A stretch of 64,000 nucleotides of DNA, from assembly GCF_009914755.1 (NCBI RefSeq), contig NC_060930.1. One strand, given 5' to 3'. The DNA is from the human T2T-CHM13v2.0 reference genome, Homo sapiens. Shown in pieces: positions 58,260-64,000 of this stretch (the first letter of the stretch is position 1; each line of letters starts with the position of its first letter). The notes under the pieces are model-generated. The model was not told the DNA's origin, did not search any database, and saw only the letters and a list, made by a program, of their open reading frames with translations. The position numbers and the translations under genes were made by a program.

Positions 58260-59920
58260 TGATGATGACTCTACTTACCTCTATAGCTATTGTCCTTAGC
58301 TCCTTTCTTTTTTCAGAGCCAAAATTTTTTAAAGACTTGGAGACAAGTCTGTATTTATTTCTCACTCCACTGCTGCCTGGATTTTCACTCCCAGCCCACT
58401 ACTGAAACTGTTTTTATAAGATAACCAATGACAATCTGGTAACTAAATCCACTGGATACTTATTAATTTTACTTGAAATCTCTGCAGCTTTGATCTTTCC
58501 TTCCTTCTTAACATACTGTCCTCTCTCTGTTTTTCTCTTAATTCTCCAACCTTTCATTCTAAGGCTCTTCCTCTCATCATCCCTTCAAAGTCGGTGTTCC
58601 TTGGGGACTAGGCCTCAGTCCATGTTTTCCCTCACTGTATAACACTTTCTTTGGTCTTCAATTGCCATGTACAAGCTGTTAATTCATAAATCTATATTTT
58701 CAAGGCTGACTTCATTCTCATGCTTTGGTCCTATGTGCCTTACTATGGATTGGACATCTCAAACTAAACTCATCATTTCCTCTTAAAGCCCATTATTTCT
58801 CCTGTGTAGAACATCTCAGTGTTTTATCCGCCAGTATATGCCCAGTCTCCCAAAGAGAAATTAGCAGGTTGCCCTTCACTCTACTCCCTCTTTCATCCTT
58901 CATCAAATTCAGTTTCCTTCTATGGTGACTCTTTGTAAGCCTTATCCAACTCTAACCTGTTGTTATTTATATGGCAGAGTGAACATTCTAAATTGCAGAT
59001 CCTATCATGTCATTCTCTTCCTTAAATTGTACTATGGCTTTCCACTTTTTTCAGGATGACATACAGTGCTCTCCCACCATGATCTAATCTCTGCTTCTCT
59101 CTCATCTCTCCCCACTACTCATGGTCTGGTCATCTGGACCCCTACGGATTGAGGGTATAAGCCAGAAACCTACAAATTTTCTTTGGTGCCTCTTTCTTCC
59201 TCATGATGCTCCTGCTTATCCAATTCATTACCACACACTGGGCTTCCACTTGTGTGTATGGCATTCATCTCTACTACCCCACTCTCATCCAATCTCATAT
59301 TGTGTAGTTTGGGATTACCACATTTGTTTTTTAGCTGGTCTCTCTGCTTTTACTCTTGTTCTCCTCCAAATCTGTTCTCCGTAACGTAGCCAGAATGAAT
59401 GTTTGCTATTCCAAATGTGAATACGTCATCGCAGTGCTTACAAACTCTTCCCCTGACTTCCCTTAGGCTCGTAGGATAAAGACCAAAATTCTCCCCTTGG
59501 CCACATCTCCCATCACTTGTGCCCCTGGCCATCTGCACTCCAGCCATACTGTCCCCCAGCCACTTTGTCCCACCACAAAGCATTGCCACATATTTCTTTA
59601 TTTTGCCTTAAAGGTAATCTACCTCTCCCTACATTTTGTTAATTTCTGTTAACTCCAATTTACCTTTCAAATCTCAGCTCGTGAAAGCCCTCTGTGCCAT
59701 CGCAGGGGTTCCAAGATTCCTCCTGTGCTTATCTTATACCACTATTTTTCCTCTAGTTTGTAGTTATAAATTTATCTACATGATCATTTGACAAATAACT
59801 ATATAGTCCACCAGACTATAGACTCCAAATGGGCAAGAAACCTTTTTGTTTCTTACCACAGTATCACCAATATTATACACATAATAGGTGTTAAGTCAAT
59901 ATTTGTTTAATTAATTGTGA
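58260..59920 (+). mobile_element. L2 fragments (RT region to 3' end)
   Basis: cccactactgaaactg...accaatgac...aaatcc; acttgaaatctctgcagctttga; tail caatatttgtttaattaattg. Confidence 0.65.
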
Positions 59921-61856
59921 ATGATTTTAAAAGCATTTGAACAACAAGATGGAAATGTAGACAAACCCAAAATAAACATTTATTTTGCACTCTTTAAAAT
60001 GTGTTAAAATCAGGCATATATTTATAATTATATTGTTGAATATTTTGTTTTCATTGATAAACACCTCTTAACTATTTATATTCTGTAAGGGGAGAATGCT
60101 ATGTAGTAGATTGAACTGTATAAAATATTAAAATTTTGTTTCACTTATATTGTATTTTATTGCCTATTGAATATCAAATTTAATGAAAATGAAACATTTC
60201 CAAAAGGATGAAACTAGTTTTTAAACGATTTAAGTGCCAATATTATAAGTTTACAAGATTTTATTTATAGTTTTTAAAAGATTTCAACTGCTAACAGTGT
60301 TTTTTATTTCTCCTTTTATATTTTTAAAAGATATATATATAATATAAAACAAGTCATATCTTTTTGGTTTGGAACTTTTAAAATTGGCACGTGAAATATT
60401 TAGGAAGAAATTCCACATGGAACTGGCTCATTGTCATTCCACGGGGTCAGCTGGTTGCTCCTTCTTTCCTTGTGTGTTGTTGGTCCTTATGGCTTGCCTG
60501 ATGAGTGCTTCACTACCACTTAGACATATGGAGCTGGTAATATTGGAAGATGACCCTTGAGAGTATCATATAAATGATTTGATCTGAAATCTAATTTTAG
60601 CAGGAAACCATATGAGTCCACAAATGCAAAGGTAGACAGTATCTAAGCAATGTTATCTATTCAGTAGTTAGGTTTGCTCCATTAGATTCTAGTTTTAACA
60701 TAAAGAAGGCAGAAAATGAAACACACTGGTCATATCCAACCAAGAAAATTATGTGCAGATTTTAAGAGGCACAGTAGAACTGCTTGAGCTAAAGCAGGAA
60801 AGTAACAGCTACATTGTTCAGAAGTAAATTAACGTGTGCCTAATGGTAATGCATGCTGCCTAGACATAAATACTCTAAAAAACAAAACAAGAAAAAATAG
60901 AAAAAGAAATGGGAAAAAAAAAACCTAGTTGAGTGAATGTCAACATAAAAGAAAAGGTAATCAAAGGCAAGAGAGATACAAGATACTGTGTAAGGCATCA
61001 TTTACAAAGGAACACTGTAAAGATTGCAGAATAGAGGTAAGAGAATGTTAAAATAAGAAAATCCAAGATAGAGAATGAAAGGAAGATTGTACAACATATT
61101 AGGATAAATGAGAAGTTATTTGTCAAATACTCAAAGGACAAGATAATAGTGAATAAGAAGAAGGATGACTAAGAGATGGAGATGGTAATTTAATAAAACA
61201 CAGAAAGAGCCAAACTGAATCAGACAGATAGTTCCTATCATGTAGTATTTAGCATTCATTCATAACATTATCAATAGCCTGTCCTGGGTGAGATTGATTT
61301 TTGTGAATTTTGCTTTGGCAGTGATACCACTATCTATCACCACTACCCATAGGTGATAGTGCATTTGTCATAGGCTTCTTTATGAAGTCTCTCGTGGGTA
61401 TTTTTGACCAGGGTGAATCTTCAACTTAATTACTGTGTAATGAGACATGATTTTTAAAAATATATCTAGATGATGTTCTGATATGATTTTGAAATGTGTT
61501 AATTGACTGAAAGTCAAAACTTATATACTTAAAGTATACATTAACTGGAGCAGTGTCCTCCACTCACCTAGAATACTCCAGTTTTTCATGTATTTTACTA
61601 CTCTTTCTGGATGTTAGCCAAACACAAAATAGTGTTGGGTACAAACAAAATATAAGTCTGTGAGACAAAAAAAAAGTGTATTTCATCTCCAATTCCCTGT
61701 ACATGTAAGTTCAGATAAGTTACTTAACCTCCTCATACCTTCCTTTTCACCTGTGTAAAAAGAGGGATGATGCCTTCTATATATCTCTAAATTCAGGAAG
61801 AGTAAGTGAGACACACGAGAGTGCTGTAAGCCTTTGCAAACATGTATATAAATTTG

Positions 61857-62345
61857 GCATAACTATTCACAATAGCAAAGACATGGAATCAACCTAAGTG
61901 CCCATCAATAATAGACTGGCTAAAGAAAATGTGGTACATACACACCATGGAATACTATGCAGCCATAAAAAAGAATGAGTTCATGTCCTTTGCAGGGACA
62001 TGGATGGAGCTGGAGGACATTACCCTTAGCAAACTAACACAGGAACAGAAAATCAAATACTGTATGTCCCACTTATAAATGGGAGTTAAATGATGAGAAC
62101 ACATAGACATGTAGAAGGGAACAATGTTCACTGGGGCCTACCAGAGGGCGGAGGATGGGAAGGATGAGAGGATGGAGAGGATTAGGAAGAATAACTTATG
62201 GGCACTGGGCTTAATACCTGGGTGATGAAATAATCTGTGCAACAAACCCCATTATGCATGGGTTTTTTTTTTTTAACCTGTGTAACAAATCTGCACATCC
62301 TGCACATGTATCCCTGAACTTAAAAGTTAAAAAAATATAAAAAAT
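61857..62345 (+). mobile_element. 5'-truncated L1PA (L1PA13-16-like) 3' end
   Basis: ctattcacaatagcaaagacatggaatcaacc...gtcctttgcagggacatggatggagctgga...ctgcacatgtatccctgaacttaaaag followed by an A tail. Confidence 0.92.
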
Positions 62346-64000
62346 ACAAGTAATTCTGAGGTACAGATGAGCCTGACTGTGTAACTCATCCTTTAGCATG
62401 CTAACCCGCATTAAGTTGATGCTTTTGGTGCCGGGAACCTCACGTCTCCTCCTCTTCTGGAATAGCCTAGAGAGGAAGCTCTTCTTCTGTGTTTAGAGGG
62501 AAGGTATCTCCTTCAGTAAGCACTGTGCTGGCCCTGAAGAGTCTTCCTACCCTCTTCCTGCCCCCTACTGCCACTCCCACCCCACCAGCGTGGAACTTCG
62601 TGTGTATTCAAAGGTCCAGTTTGAATTACTGTGAGGCCAGTGGCTAGAAAGCAGTGTAGTTGGGACTGGAGATTCACATGCCTGGCTCTTCTCCCAAGCT
62701 TCAACTGTAGCTCTTGAGCAGCAGCTTCCTCTGAGCTTCTAAAAAATGCCCAGAAAATTGCCCAGCCAACCACATTTCCTGGCAAGCATAGCACCAGGCA
62801 TATGGTCAGTTTGAGTGCTATTAGATAGGCTTTAGAACTTCCAAGGGATCATTGGTTTGATTGTCATTGTATCCACCAATCACCCAACATCTTTGACCCA
62901 CGACAATTTGCCAGACACTATGCTTGGCACTCTGAGGAATAAAAAGAGTAAGACAGATCCCTAGCCTTTTCTAATCTATCTATCTAATGGAGATATGGCA
63001 AAGCACCTAACAAAGTCACTACCCATTAGAGTTGTGAATAGTGGTAATAATAATTATTTTTGAAAATCTAAGAAAAGAGAGCATGTGCTAGAATAGGTAA
63101 GGAGGGCTTCACTGAGAAGATGGAGTTGGAATTGAATCTCGAAAGCTGGATTTGTTTTGGATAAGTAGAGAAGAGTTAAGAAGCAAAAGTATGAACAAAA
63201 TCTTTTTTTGAGAATGTTCCAAAAGGAAGTAGGCAAGAAGAATGGTAATAAGGTTGGCAAGATTGGTTAGGAAAATTGTTTTTTAGTCCTGTATATAACA
63301 ACTTTAGAGAATATTTACTATAAGTTAGGCATCATACTAGGAGCTGGATATATGATAAACAAAACAGACCAAGTTCTCACCCCCTTAGAGCTTACCTTAC
63401 AGTTGGAGAGGTTGTCAATAAATAGGTGAGCCAATTACTAAGTAATTCTCAAATCCATGGTGCTATGAAGGAAACGTCCTGCTGCAGGAAGTGTGGAAAC
63501 CTAGGTAGCACCCTGGGAATGGCCACGCTAAGGAGAAGCACTTAAACTGAAAGCTGATGGGTAACAAGGACCCAGTCTTTACAGGTGTTGAGGAGAAGCT
63601 CATTCTAGGTAAAGACAATGGGATACAAGAAGGTGCTAAGAAGGGATGAGTTTTGCATATTTAATATACTAAAACTATGCCAGGGAGGTTGATTGCATAG
63701 GGTCTTAGTGCTAATTGTTTTAACTTCTTTCTTATCATGGAGTTTGTAGGATTCTTGACAATTTAGTATTGAAGTAATCATATAATCAATACTAAGAATA
63801 AAATGCATGTGAATGATGACTCTTACACATTACTACGTAAATGAAATAACCTGTACAACAGATCATAAGCCAGAGGAAGTTAAGACAATGAATATGATCT
63901 TGATCATCCAGAATTTAAAAGAGACAGTGTATGATATACATTTACTTTTTAAAATTTAGACACTTTGAGTTATAAATAAGAATTGGTCCACTTGGTGTGA

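Noticed and set aside
61334-61359. 8-bp inverted repeat CTATCACC/GGTGATAG
   Set aside because: Expected by chance in 64 kb.

Overview
This is 64 kb of primate, most likely human, genomic DNA from the middle of the laminin subunit alpha-2 gene (LAMA2), transcribed on the + strand. Seven GT-AG exons (118, 135, 125, 87, 194, 143 and 99 bp; exons 28-34 by recalled numbering) splice into one open frame. That frame runs from the end of the second laminin IV (L4b) domain, through the last LE/EGF-like repeats, to the CGDEC hinge and the start of the coiled coil. The other ~98.6% is AT-rich intron filled with Alu, L1, L2, L3/CR1, MIR, LTR and DNA-transposon relics, often nested. I found no prokaryotic features, CRISPR array, RNA gene or second protein-coding gene, and no clearly new multi-gene system. 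The best leads are: (i) an internal consensus donor in the 194-bp exon that would remove exactly one LE module in frame; (ii) a 71-bp, 94%-identical dispersed duplication carrying a GATA hairpin; (iii) a palindromic cluster of five E-boxes; (iv) two MLT1A inverted nests that break at the same LTR position; (v) long hairpins, possibly made by template switching; (vi) a long L2 that keeps both endonuclease and RT motifs. Repeat family names, exon numbers and c. numbers come from memory of consensus and reference sequences, not from a search.
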